Below, one piece after another: positions 13,621-27,748 of a stretch of DNA of 64,000 nucleotides. The notes under the pieces are model-generated. The model did no database searches. It was not told the origin of the DNA and was given only the letters and a program-made list of their open reading frames with translations. The stretch lies in assembly GCF_009914755.1 (NCBI RefSeq), contig NC_060938.1; one strand, 5' to 3'. This DNA comes from the human T2T-CHM13v2.0 reference genome, Homo sapiens. The stretch's first letter is position 1; every line of letters begins with the position of its first letter. The position numbers and the translations under genes were made by a program.

Positions 13621-16600
13621 AGGGGGACAATGATCTCTCACAGGAATGATGGGAGGCCTTGTTTTGCCTTAAATAAGCCCCTTCAAGGGAGCAGTAAGGT
13701 CTGTTGTGTGTGTGGTTTGTTTTTTCAGAAAATCCTCTTGCACGTAGTTCCAGTGTGAAGTACTCTGGCAACTTCAATTGAAGACATAAAGAATCTTATG
13801 TGTGTGTGTGAGGGTTTAATTTTATTTTTATTGCTGCTTTGAGACCAGGATTGTGTTTTCCCTTCTGCCAGTTACCCTTTTCCCGCTCAAGCTCCCTGGA
13901 CCTCCGCATTCTTTCAATAGTTTTAGGGCAGGAATTGGCAGGTGTTAGGGGCAGAGAGACGCCCATGTCTGGGTGCTGGCTTCTGACTGCCCTTAGCTTT
14001 GGTGAGGGAGTGAAGGTTAGCGTGGCAGGAATGTAGTGCTCCTACACATTTCTCATCCTATCCTGGGTCTGAGGAAAGCACAGGGCACTGGGTGGCTAGG
14101 GCTGGGATTCACAACAAAGTGACAGTGGAGGCTGAGGGAGACGTACTTTATGGGCCACCTCGGAATAGATCATCAGCTTTAACGCCAGAGCTTCAGAGGC
14201 ATGTGCAGAAAGAAAAAGGCCTGTAAGTAGAATAAAGAGGAGGCAGGTTCTGTGTCTGATTCGGCTGTCCGGTGAGGAAAGATGTGAAGTGATCTCTACC
14301 CACACCCTGGTAACACCACTGGAAGACAAAGAACTGTCCTGTTTGTCTTACTGCTCTGTCCTGTGTTTTAAAGTCTTCAAGCTGCTGAAGGCAGTCCCAC
14401 CTCAGAGCTTACATGCGTAAACATTATTATCTGTAAAGGCTTCCTATTTGATGAATCATGGTGTATCATACAATCTAGATATTTCATCTGGAGAAACTGA
14501 GATGAGGCAGATTAAAGTCTTTTCCAAAACCACATGAGGAATTAATTTCAAAGCTTGAGATTAAAACCTACATCTTGTAGTTTCAGATTATTAACTTACC
14601 AGTGTGATCTACAAGTTCTTTCTCCATGTTCTAAAAAACAAATTTTTTAAGGCAATCAAGACATTTTCATTCTCTCATGTGAGCAGTATGTATCAGAAAA
14701 ATTCATCTGTATAAACTGTATGGCAGTCTAAATTATATTTTTAACCTGTCTTTTCTTTTTTTACTTTTTATAAATCATATCTTCCACTGTTTACAAATTT
14801 TGTTATGTCTTTCACATATCAGACTCAAAAACAGTTGGCTTTATGATTGGGCCACTAGAAGAAATATAATATTTTTTCACTTACCTTTTCATTTCCTGAC
14901 TTTTTTTTAGTGATAATCTGAATATATTTGTGAAATATTTAGGCAGGAAGGTGAGTTTTCCAGATGTTTCTGTTGATTATTGCAAACACAGAGCAATTCA
15001 AAGACTAGTGTCGCTTTTTGATAAATTAAAAATACTTTTTTTGATAACTAGTTATTCTTGACTTTAATAAACATTCCTAAGATTAACTCTTCCCTTAACA
15101 ACTTTAGTGTAATTTTAATTTTTCACAAATCCTGAAGTGGGAGTACTGGAATTTTGGAGAAATAAATTAACATGTTGCCTTATTTCTCTGGACCATCTGT
15201 TAATGCTTATTCTCAACTAAAGTACTGTTCATCAGCTTCAAGTAACAAACATACCATAGACAAATAGCCTATGTCTGTGACGGTGATAAGACATTGGCCA
15301 AATCATCCTCTCTCTGACCATGACAAAAGTGTACCAGTCGTAGCTAAAGCAAGACTGAATCTATTTGGTATTCATTGTAAAGGAAACAACAACAACAAAA
15401 ATAACTAATAAAGGTCTGAGACAAGATGATGGATGGCAAAAGAACCCCCTATGGTCATAAATAAGCTAACTTTGGAAATGTTTGACTTAAGGAAGTACAG
15501 ACTATGCTTAGTCTGCCTCGTGTCCCTGGACTAAAGCAGCCTTGAAGGCTCATCTGAACATTTCCCCAGGGGTTTCTTGCCTATTGACAAATCCCACCAC
15601 ATCTTCCAGATGCACAGAAGAAAGTTCCGTTAAATCCAAAATGGTAACCAAAAATGTTGAATAGCAAGAAACTGGCAGGGGTGGCTTTGGGAACTGGTAA
15701 ATAAATAACAGGCTTGTTGTCCCACACCCTAGTTTAATGCTCTCAAGAGGTTCTTATGTTGCTCGCATTAGTGGGCATGTAAATGAAACCCCTGTTGGCC
15801 TTGGCAGATATTGGCCTCTTCCGTGACCTTGTTTGACTGAAACAAAAAGTCATTGGTGGAACAAAAATTCAGAGCTCTGAACTTGGTTGAAAGAAAAGGG
15901 CAATTCTCTGAATTGGGTAATTGGATCACCCTCCCAAGTGCCCTAGGGCTTATATCAAACATATAAGAAGGGGATTAATAACTTCAGTGTATAAATGAGC
16001 TTCAGGCAGCTTCCAACTGTAACATTTCACTCTCAGGAGCTTTAGGACATAACAGATTTTTTTCAGAGCATTTTGAAGTGCTCTTTATAAAATGCAGGAA
16101 GGGACTACAGACTACTGTGGAATCTTTGTAATTGTACATGGTCCAGTCTGACAGGCAGGCAACCCGAAAGCCTCTTCAAAATGGCCACTTAATAAAACTG
16201 TTCATGAAATATACCATTTTGGGACTGAAAGATGATGACAGTGATATGTTTTCAAACTGTACTTGATATTCCCTTCCTTAGTCATAATTTTATGATCTAG
16301 ACTAAATTACATGTATCATTGAGTGTGAGGATTCCAAGACTTGAGACAGACTTACGTATTTATGTGTGAGTTGTAAGGGACCATTGGAAAAGCTGAGAAT
16401 TTTAAAATTCATTTATATTAATTAATTTGTTCACTCAGTATTTATTCAATGCCTACTATATATCAGACTTGAGGATATAAAAAAGTATAAAGTAGAGCAA
16501 GGCTGACAGACATTTGAAAGGCAGGTTCATGAGGATTGAAGGAACATGTGGGAAGGGAGCCATTACTTCTTAGGAGTGGGGAAAATCCAGAGGAGACTAG

Positions 16601-19046
16601 AGGAGATAACGAGAGATGAGTCGACAGCACAGGAAAATAAAGAAGAGTATTCCAGGCGGAGGATACAACACTTGAAATAGTTACCCAGAAAAGCTGGCCT
16701 GGTGATTAATCGGCCCAGATAAAAGAGGTAGGCTAACACTGTTATTCGTCTTTTAAAGGAGAAGGATCAAGAAGCAGTTCTGTTGGGTCCTGAGGAAGTG
16801 GGATTATTAGTGATGGACACAAAGTGCTGGTGTCACAGCTGTGGTAGAAAAAGGGAAACAAGAGAAAGCTTCTGAAAAAAATGTTTTGACAACTATTTTT
16901 ATGGCTGTGGACATCCTGAGACCTCTGACAATCACATAGAAAAGAGAGCCCATAGGGAACATTTTAGAATTGATTCTTATCTTAATAGCTATCTTTTTGG
17001 CCTGTCTGGTTGCCAAAAAGAATTAGCAGAATTCTGCTGTTTATGTATTGCTGAATCAGTTTACAGGTGATGTTTTATTACTAGGGAAATATTGCTAAAG
17101 CTAGGTAGAGGTGCTTCTAAGAACTAAAGCACCAGAAACCTAATTGGGAAAGGAATTAACTTTAGTCATGTACATATTTTCATTTTTCTCCTTTAATTTT
17201 TATATTAACAGAAACCCTGTGAGGCAGGTGTTTTACCTACATTTTCACAAATGAGCACACAGCCTCGAACAAGTTAATTCCTCAGAATCCCACAGCCAGT
17301 GCATGCTAAGGCCCAAGTCCCCTTCATCCTCCATTCTCCCACCGGTCATAGCTAAGTCTTCAAGCTAATGTTCACCTGCCAGAGTAAAGGCAGAATATTT
17401 GAATTCTCTTGTATTTGTTTTAGTTTAGTTATTGACTATGTTTTTCTTCCTATAAAGTAAATATGTTTCATTCTTTCTGCACAGGTTTTCCTATAATGCC
17501 TGGGTGCTTCTAGCTAGAGAGGGCAAATTGATTTCATCTTCCATTCAACTCCAGAAGGTCTATAGTGGCCGCTTGGACTGCTGTAATGGAGTTGCTCAGC
17601 AGCCGCTCCCATATGCTCTATGATGGGGCAGTGGTGGTACAAGTGCTGCATCCCTGCTACCGAGGCTGCTGCTTTAGTATCTTTACTTCACTCTTAAAGT
17701 GGGGAATGAGAGAAATTGTCTAAAGTCCTAACACAAGACAGCCATACCTACTTCCCAAAGTAGTAAACACTCTGCTGCTGCATGTAGAATGAAATAGAGC
17801 AGTGAAATTATAAAGGAGATTTGCAGTCTAATAATTGGGAGGGAAAATGAAGTATAAGGCTAAATGAAGTAGACTACAAACACCTGAAGCATGACTACAA
17901 AATCAAGTTGACATTTTGTGGCTCATTTTCAGGGTAGCTGCCGGAATCTGGTTATGGTCGTTGTTTTTATTTTTTAGGGTTTTCCCCCATCTGTGTACAG
18001 TGAGATAGCAACCACAAAAAAACTAACAGCCTTCCTGAGTCTCTTGGCTGTAGAGTACCCAGCTCTTTTCCCTGAAGCTTGCCCTGAAGAGGCCTGGTGA
18101 TACATCCCTCTTGGGAGATGTGACATGGTTCCATATTGACATTACCCACTGGGCTCATTGCTTGAGTCTCAAGGTTGTTTATGTATTTGATGTTTCATTT
18201 AAAAATAAAAGTTACTTACGGCAAAAATAGCCTAGTGCCAGTGGGTTTGGCTATTGTAAAATTTAGAAACCCATTTAGGAAACCACCATCAGGATCTTGT
18301 TGGTGCTGTATCAGCTTGGGCATATTGCCCTTCAGCACACCGGCTCTTGCACAGATTGCGTCCACTGAGTTGAATTATGGAAACCTTCCGTGAGAAAATG
18401 AGAGCACTCAGGAAGTAGTATTGGTGATCCACAAAGCATTGCTGTGTCCTCTAAGGTTCTTTCCTGGTCTCATACCATGGTTTCTTCCTGGGTAAAAAGT
18501 GAAACTGGGGTTCTGCCTTTCTCAAGGGAAAACGTGTTTGCTGCTTGGCTTTGGAATTTTGGGGCAACTCAGTCAGTGACATTTCTCTTTCACAAACTCC
18601 TCCTGTTCTTTCAAATAGGTGCCATATCTTTCACTTTCCCTATCGATACTTCATATGTTATGCCTGGCTGCTAGGTTTCATTCCAGAGCCTCTTGTGTTT
18701 AAGTAATGAATGGACTAATCATAATGACTAGCTCAGTACAGGTTGCTGAGTTGGAGACCATGGCCTAGTCATTTCTCTGATCACACAGAAGTCATTTCTG
18801 GACAAAAAGTGCTACATACTATATATCTATATCTGTCTATATATTTTTTTCTTGATCTTTCTTCTATTTTGTGCTGCAAAAACAAACTTCGAGGGGATGA
18901 TTCTCTCACAGGATATGGAAATGGCCTTGGACAATGTCCAGGGTTAGTGGCACAGCTGCTGTTTCCTGCAAGGGACATCTCAAATCCAGAAGGGAAAAAA
19001 GACAAAGTTAAATATATAGCAGGAGGATAATGACTGAACCTATTAA

Positions 19047-19175
19047 CCCATTTATGCCTAGTGTTCCATTAGTGGAACACTAAGCTTGTGGGAGTTATTT
19101 ATATCCTCATGCTTAAGCTCATCACCAAGGTCTGATTTTTCACATAAAAATTTTGCAACCTCTGGCATAAATGGG
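19047..19175 (+). mobile_element. MER85 non-autonomous piggyBac MITE
   Basis: TTAA TSDs at 19043-19046 and 19176-19179. TIRs cccatttatgcc / ggcataaatggg. Internal palindrome gttccattagtggaac; body matches the MER85 consensus as recalled. Confidence 0.95.
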
Positions 19176-19752
19176 TTAACAAGAAGGAAGGGATTTGCCT
19201 GTTACAAGATCTGTCTGTAATCACATATAGCCATTGGCAGAAATTACAGTTTACATTTAGAAGACATGTTTAAAACTCTTTACCAAAGGGCAACTGATCC
19301 AATAATAATGATAGCAACAACAATAACATCTATTTATGGCACCTAATAATTTTAAAGTTCCTTTGTGTACGTAGTTTTATATTCACAACAACCTAGTAAG
19401 GCCTGTAAGTTGACTGGAGAGGGCTAGGGTATGTAAAACTAGGTAAAGAACTTGGATTTTATCCTAAGCATAATGCAAAGTTTTCAGCCAGGGATGGACA
19501 TGACTTGACTGACAGTTTAGGAAGATTACTTGGCCTGCTCTGTAGGAGTATAGACTGTAAGGGGGCCACATGAAAGCCAGGAGACAAGTCAGCAAACATA
19601 ACACTAATCCAGGAGAGAGATTATGGTGGCTCAGACTGGGGGGTGTGGTATAGGGGATGGCAAGTGGTCAGATTCAAGATAAATATGAAGACATTCCGTA
19701 CAAAATCTGCAAACAGATTGAATGTGAAGTGTATTTTAAAAAATGAAGAATT

Positions 19753-20069
<317 letters not shown>

Positions 20070-20221
20070 GAATTATCTGTGTATTTTTTATCTTAAACAA
20101 CTGAGAATGGTGTCATTTTTTCCATTCCTAGAGTTATTTAGGCCAAAAAAATCTAGAATGTTGAAGAGAACAGATTGGGGTGGGAGGTGCAGGTTAGGGG
20201 ATTAAGAGTTCTGTCCTAGAG

Positions 20222-20525
<304 letters not shown>

Positions 20526-20555
20526 CTAGAATAGTTGCATTTGAGATATGTAAGT

Positions 20556-20909
<354 letters not shown>

Positions 20910-22356
20910 CTAGAGCTCAGGAGAATGGGCTGAGCTGTAGTGAGAATATGGCAGAGATTGATCCTGGGGATACATCAACATTTAGAATAGAAGAGAAACC
21001 TGCAAAGGAGACTGGCAGGGAGGAGAGGATCAGGTGGGAAGAAATCCATGAGAGTGTGCTTTTTCTGGAAGCCAAGTGAAGCTAATATTTCAAGAAGCAA
21101 GGAGTTAGGTCCAGTGCTGCTAAGAGGTCCAATAAGATGAGGACTGAGAATTGACCCTTGGATTTGGCAGATACAATCAATGGTGACCTTGACAAGAGTG
21201 ATTTCAGTAGAGTGTAGGGGACATAAGCCTGCCTGGGGTAGGTTAAAGAGAAAAACAAAGAGCATGTTCAATTCTTTAAGGTTTTTCACTACAAATGGAA
21301 ACAGTGAAATGGAGTGGTAGCTGGGGAAGTCAAAGGAGGTTTTTTTTTTAAGGTGGGTGTTTTTTATTTCGCATTTTGATATTGATGTACATAATGCAGC
21401 AAAAAGAGAACATGTAGTAATGCTGGAGAGGAAAGGATAGGTAACCATTGGTAAAAGACCTCAAAGGTATTAGAAGGGATTGAGATGCTCGTCCAAGTGT
21501 ATGGGCTGGCCTTAGGCTGAAGCAAGACTGCTTCAAGAGATACAAAAGCAAATTCATTACCCTAAGAATGGAGTACATCACAGCAGGATTCCTGGAGAGA
21601 AACAGAAAAGAGGGTCATTAAAAACTTATGTCACCACTTTAAAGAGGGAAGAAAGTTCTGTTTGGCTCTTTTGGGGACTCCAGAAGAAAAGTAAAGGTAT
21701 ACTCATAAGCCCAACTTTTTAACTTTCTAGTTACCAGAACACCAAACAAGGATCTTAGAATATCAGATTTTCAATTAACCCTAGAAAACTAACAGCATTT
21801 GAGTAGAATTCAAATATATGTGAGAGAACATAATACATAAATACCATCTGGGAAGTTCTCTAATCAACATTCTCCTTCCCTAGCACTCACTGTTGGATCT
21901 GTAGTACATGCATATGTGAGTGAAGAGCTCTTTCACAAATATGAAAGAAGCATAGTATGGATGTAGGGTGATGATTTACTTAGTGTGGTAAGTGTCTCCA
22001 AGCAACACAGTAAGGGACAGAAAAAGCTGGGCCAGCCTGCCTCTGGGAGAGACATGCCAAGCTTTTCTATCTCTGTGAATCTCACAAGTAAATGAAAATA
22101 AGTGCAAGTAGTACTATAGTAATTAAATCAAACTATCTTCTTTGAGAGTGGCTTTGTATGTGTGTCCCCATTATTTGCTAATTTGCTATTTCCCACTGCT
22201 TACTGATTACCCTGAGTATGTTGCATTTATTGTCCTATTTAATCCTCTAAACTCTATCATTGCCATTTTACAGATGAAAACATAGAGGCCAGAGAGGTTT
22301 AAATGGCTTGTTCAAGGCCACATATCTAGGAAGTGGGAGAGTCAAGATTCTAAGTT

Positions 22357-22790
22357 TAATGCCCATCAATGATAGACTGGATAAAGAAAATGTGGCACAT
22401 ATACACTATGGAGTACTATGCAGCCCTAAAAAAGTGAGTTTATGTCCTTTTCAGGGACATGGATGAAGCTGGAAACCATCATTCTCAGCAAACTAACGCA
22501 GGAACAGAAAACCAAACACTGCATGTTCTCAGTCATAAGTGGGATTTAATGATGAGAACACATGGACACAGGGAGGGGAACTTCACACACCGGGGCCTGT
22601 TGGTGGGTGGGGGGCAAGGGCAAGGGGAGCATTAGGAGAAATACCTAATTCATGCAGGGCTTAAAACCTAGATGATGGGTTGATGGGTGCAGCAAACCAC
22701 CATGGCACAAGTATACCTATGTAAGAAACCTGCACATTCTACACGTGTATCCCATAACTTAAAGTATAATAAATAAGAATTTTTAAAAAA
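22357..22790 (+). mobile_element. 5'-truncated L1PA (roughly PA8-PA10) 3' end, inserted into a MIR
   Basis: atgcccatcaatgatagactggataaagaaaatgtggcac...ggatgaagctggaaaccatcattctcagc...aacttaaagtataat. TSD aagatt(c/t)taagtt. Confidence 0.92.
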
Positions 22791-25700
22791 GATTTTAAGT
22801 TCAGTCTTTGTTTCCAAAGCCAGAGATCTTTCCACTATACCACACTGCCTCTTATGTAGTCAGTGATAATAATAGCTTGGTCATTTGCATTTGTGAAGCA
22901 CCTTTTATTTGAAGAGCTGAAACTCTGTAAGCCTTATCTTTGTAATCTGGAGAGAGGAAGAAAAGAACCGACATTTATTGGGCACCTTATATTTGTGTGT
23001 GATGTAATTTTAAGCACTTTCATACCAGACATGTTAATTATCTTCATTTTAAAGATGAGGAAATGAAACTCAACAAAGAAATTAAGTAAATTGCCCAATA
23101 TCACACAACTCCCATATAGTCAATCCTGGCACTTTCCCTCAGCAGATTCTAAGCACCGTTGGAGCAGAGAGCAAGTCTGTTTTTAATCATTCTGATTTTC
23201 CTAGTGCCTAGGACAGGGTCTCACTCTGGCACATAATAGGTGCTCAGAAAAAAAATGATTGAATGAATAATGAGCAAATGTGCTGTAAGCTGAACTGGAA
23301 TGCATTGAGTCTTGTGTTGTACTTCCTGGTATCTTCCAGTGGATGTCAACATGATATAATGAGAAGATTCTGAGAAGGAATCAGTGAAGGCATGCATGTT
23401 CCTGACTGTGAAACTTTTGCTCTTCTCAGAGCTATACAACCTAGGTGATAGACTTCCTTTTCTTTCATTGGGAAAACTGAGGCAAAGTTTCCTTGGCAAA
23501 GATTTTGCAAGTCAGTGGACAATTTGTGGCACAACTGAAATCTTGAGATTCTCACCTTTATAGCCCTAACCACTTAACAACCCTGTGGTCCTGGTGGGGT
23601 TATAGCTTTCCATAAATCTGGTACTTAATCATTTAAAGAGATGGCAATTTATCTTAAATACACGCCTCATTATAGATGTGTCACACTTAGCACAGATGGT
23701 CTCAGAAGTTTTTCCTGGCTTCCCATACCCTAACAGTATCTAGTATGTTAATGTCAATATTAGCTTTACTGTTTTAGGTAACTTTGGTATGCTTCTCATT
23801 AGCTGAAACCGTAAAGAGCTCAGTTTTACCTGCGCTGAGGGATCACTAAATTCCTATTGGCATCTGAATGCACAGTCCCATGTCGAAAGTGAGGTCATGT
23901 TTCTCCTGGATTATGCCCGTATCTGATGAGCCTCGGCTGGCGTGAATCCGAGACAATGAAATAATCACACCCATTAGCTCACCAGGGCCCTATTAAGATG
24001 TGGCCTGGCTTTCCATCCATTTCTCCTGCTTGGAAAAACTGACACAGTCATGGTTTGTAAAGGTTAGTGCAGATGGAACTGCTTCAACAACCAAAACTTA
24101 GCGTTACCCTATTTAAACTTGGGAAGGGTCTGCTGCTTAATCTTAAAAAATAGCACTTCAGGAGCCAGGGTGTGAGGATGTCCTTTAATCTCTTTGTATG
24201 TGATGGTAAAGCTGAATTTTCCTAACACCCTCCTTCCCCGCTCTCAGCTTCAGTGGCTGGGGTGGGTGAGGTGGGGGAGCTCTGGAGTTGTGGTTTCCAT
24301 ACTTTCTACTTTTTATTCTATTTTTCTTTAGAGATCCCAGGTTTTGAAGGCTTGAGTCTAGTAAACAAACTGTAATGGTTAAATCACGATTTTATTTTCT
24401 CGTTGACACCTAGTGTGTGTTATATGCGGCGTCCTCTGCCTCATGTCATTCTCCAATATGCTTTCTCAGGGCTACTTTCCCAGACCCTATGCCTTCTTAT
24501 GGGTTGTAGCTAACAGTTACACTTCCAGAGTATGCCGTCCCTCACCCACAGAGCTCTTCTCACAACTGTAACTAACTGATTATTTGTGTAACTGTTTGCA
24601 TGTTTAGGCTGTAAGGATGCAGACCATGTCTGTCTTGCTCACAGCTGTTTCTCTAGTGCCTAAGTCTTTGCTTGATACATAGTGGGCACTTGGTAAACAT
24701 TTGTTGAATGCATTAATGAATCAGCTTATTTAATTCTAGTGAAAAATATAAAGAAATATCCCCCTTATATTGGCTTGGGGAGCCTTATTCTGGATATATT
24801 TGATAGGATTTTTGAAATGTTGTCAACAACTTGAATGAAAATCACCAAGTTTAAAATGAAGGTTCACTCTGGGCAGGAGAGAAGATGATGCTATTGGAGA
24901 AGGATTACACAAGAGGCTTCTGGAATATTGATAATATTCTATTTATTAAGCTGGAGGACTCCTAGGGACCCAGGGGCCTCAGACTTACTCCTGAACTGGA
25001 GGGACATGCCAAATAAGCCACCTGCTATTTATTTCACGCACACCCAAGGCAAAGCTGTTGGGGCCACTTAAGGATTTTGTAAAATGTGAGGGTGTTATTA
25101 AAGTAGGCTTATTATTTTACAGCTCTTATGATTGTTCACCTAACTACCTTGAACAATACTGCAAGTATTTTTCTCTGCTCACATATTTGGAGACATGCAG
25201 AGCCACTTCAAACAAACCATCCTGACTTCCCATTTGTATCTACGACCTCATGAACCCATCTCAACCCCCCAAACCACACACTGAAACTAAGCCAAATTAA
25301 AAACAAAAAACAACCCACCACCCAGCAGTATTTAGTTGAGCACCTACTGTTTGCTTTGTATTATAAGCTGTAATTACAACAGCTTGAGTCTTGTCCTCAG
25401 CTTCCTGAAATCTCCCAGTGGATGGCATCATGGAAGAATGAGAAAGTTATCCAAGAATGAATGGTCTGATGTCAAGGAAGCTTTTCAGCCTTTCCTAATG
25501 GTCTGATGCCCTCTGTGTGGGTTACAATCTTTGGAAGTATAAGATTTCTTGTAAAAGTCACAGCACCTGCCAACATAGTTGGGCAGGGACCCAAGTGGGG
25601 TGACTTGTACCGCATTCCTCCCTGGTATTCAGAGACCACATAGTACCAGAAGCTTGCTAGGCCCAGCTCCTGGGGACTGTCAGAGGAACAGGCCCAGGCA

Positions 25701-27422
25701 GTCTTCTCCTCAGATTGCAATCAAAAGTTGCTTGATAAATCAGTAAGATTGAAAATATTCTTGGCAGTTTACATAGGCAATGGTAAGAACATGTTTTTTT
25801 GTAGTTACAATGAGTACATTATACAAGGGCCGGAAGTGACCAAAATCATTGATTGGCTAATTAGACATAACTGAAGGGTCATAATGCTTCAGTCGTTATG
25901 TGGGAATATTCATAAAGCACTTGAGTTCAGCTCCAATAAAGAGGAGAAATGTACCCAGGGAAATTGCAGAGTAAAAGTCTGGGAATGTAGATAGTATAGG
26001 ATGTTACAGGTCTGAAATGGAAGGGTTTACTATATTATTGAGTTTTGCAAACAGATTCTTGGAAAACAGATTCCTCAAGTCTTTCCCAGCTTTCAGATGG
26101 GATATGAAACTAGAGGCTTTAGCCTTTACTTGTGGTTGTCTAAAAATCCACCCTATTTTTCTTAGGAAGGGAAGCAGTTGCCTTAACACCCTGGCCAGAT
26201 TCCCAACATGTACAGGGTGGCCCATTTAAAACAGGCCTGTGGATGCTTCAGAGTGAGCGAAGGGGTTTGTTGTAAAGCACCATGTGTATGTGGGTGTTTA
26301 ATGAATATGAGCTGATTAAATTGGCCACCCTGAATTATAACCTCATACCTTCTCTAGTTCCTCTCCAGTTTTTAGCTCAGGACCATATTCTTCCTACTTT
26401 CTGCTCAAACTTGTTAGGGAGAAACGTTCCCACTATTAAAACTGCCAGTGTTTTCCTCCCAGTGTTTCTTTGTTTCAACGATGAGCAGAAGAATCCAGCC
26501 TTGGAAATACCTTTCTTTCAAATTGCTTGTCCAGCTGCAATGACGTCTGCATCAGCCACACCCACATCACTTCCCCTTCGAACCTTCTCGCCTCCATCTG
26601 CTTCCCTGTCTCTGGTGTAGGACAATACCAGTATCTGTCTGGAGCAGATAGTGAACTCTGCCACAAACAGAGGAGGGCTTGTGTGAAGAAGGAAAAAGCT
26701 CTGCTTTCGAAATCAAGCAGCCTGGGCTTGTGCCCCGTTTTTGCTAATAGCCATCTGTGTGGCTTAGGGAGTCACTGTCTTCACAGGCCCGAGTTCCTTC
26801 ATCTGTAAAGGGAAGGAGCGAGACAAAATCAGCACTTCTCAAATTGGGAGCTGTAGATTCTTGAGGTCTGCAAGTTTAATGAGATTTTAAACTTTTTATG
26901 AAGTTTTTTTTTAAATCATAAAGACAATACTTTGCAATTAAAAGTCATTTAAAAAAATAAGTCTTAAGTTTGTTAAGCTGGTCATTCTGAAACTTAATCT
27001 TAGGTCTCCTAGAGATTTTTTAACAGTTTTGCAAGTCTCAATTTTTCCCCTTTAAAAGGACTCCACATATCACTCCAGTTTGAGAAACACTGAACTCTTT
27101 TCATCTACTCAGAAACTGAATCTAGCGGTAGGATAAAACATTAGCTTTAACTTTCTTATCCTTACCCTACTCAACCTAATTACTTTTGGCCCACTTCAAT
27201 ATGTTTAAGTCTTTTAGCACATGGGCTCCTTTTGTTTTCATAACTGAAGTATTTCCTGTTTTCAATCACTATATGTTAAATTATAAAAAGCATGTTTCTC
27301 CCAATAGCTCTTTCCCTTTCCCTTTAAGACTCAGATCATTTAATTTATTAGTGCCCAACCTGGTTAATTGAGACCACCTTCCTCTATTAATGTTTCTTTG
27401 TTGGTTGAAGTGAAGAGATATA

Positions 27423-27748
27423 TGGTCTGTTCCCTAAGTACCCATGAAGGATTGGTTCAAGGACTCAGCCCCATACTAAAATCTTCAGATGCCCAAGTCC
27501 CTTATATAAAATCACATAATGTTTGCATATAACCTATGCACATCCTCCCATATACTTTAATCTCTAGATTACTTATAATACCTCATACAATGTAAATGCT
27601 ATTTAAATAGTTATCATGCTGTATTTTAAATTTGTATTATTTTTATTGTTATATTGTTATTTTTCATTGCTTTTTTTTTTTCAAATATTTTCAATCCACA
27701 TTGGTTGAATCTACAGATGGGGAAACCCTAGATATGGAGGGCTGACTA
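27423..27748 (+). mobile_element. MER2 (TcMar-Tigger MITE)
   Basis: ggattggttcaaggac...caagtcccttatataaaat...ttggttgaatctacagatg...atggagggctgact, with TA flanks. Confidence 0.85.

Noticed and set aside
12423-13777. Cluster of overlapping 60-150 aa ORFs on both strands
   Set aside because: Expected from stop-codon depletion in GC-rich DNA; no recognisable protein.
20975-21448. 157-aa ORF with a reverse-transcriptase-like motif
   Set aside because: L2 ORF2 remnant; similarity is limited to a short frameshifted patch.
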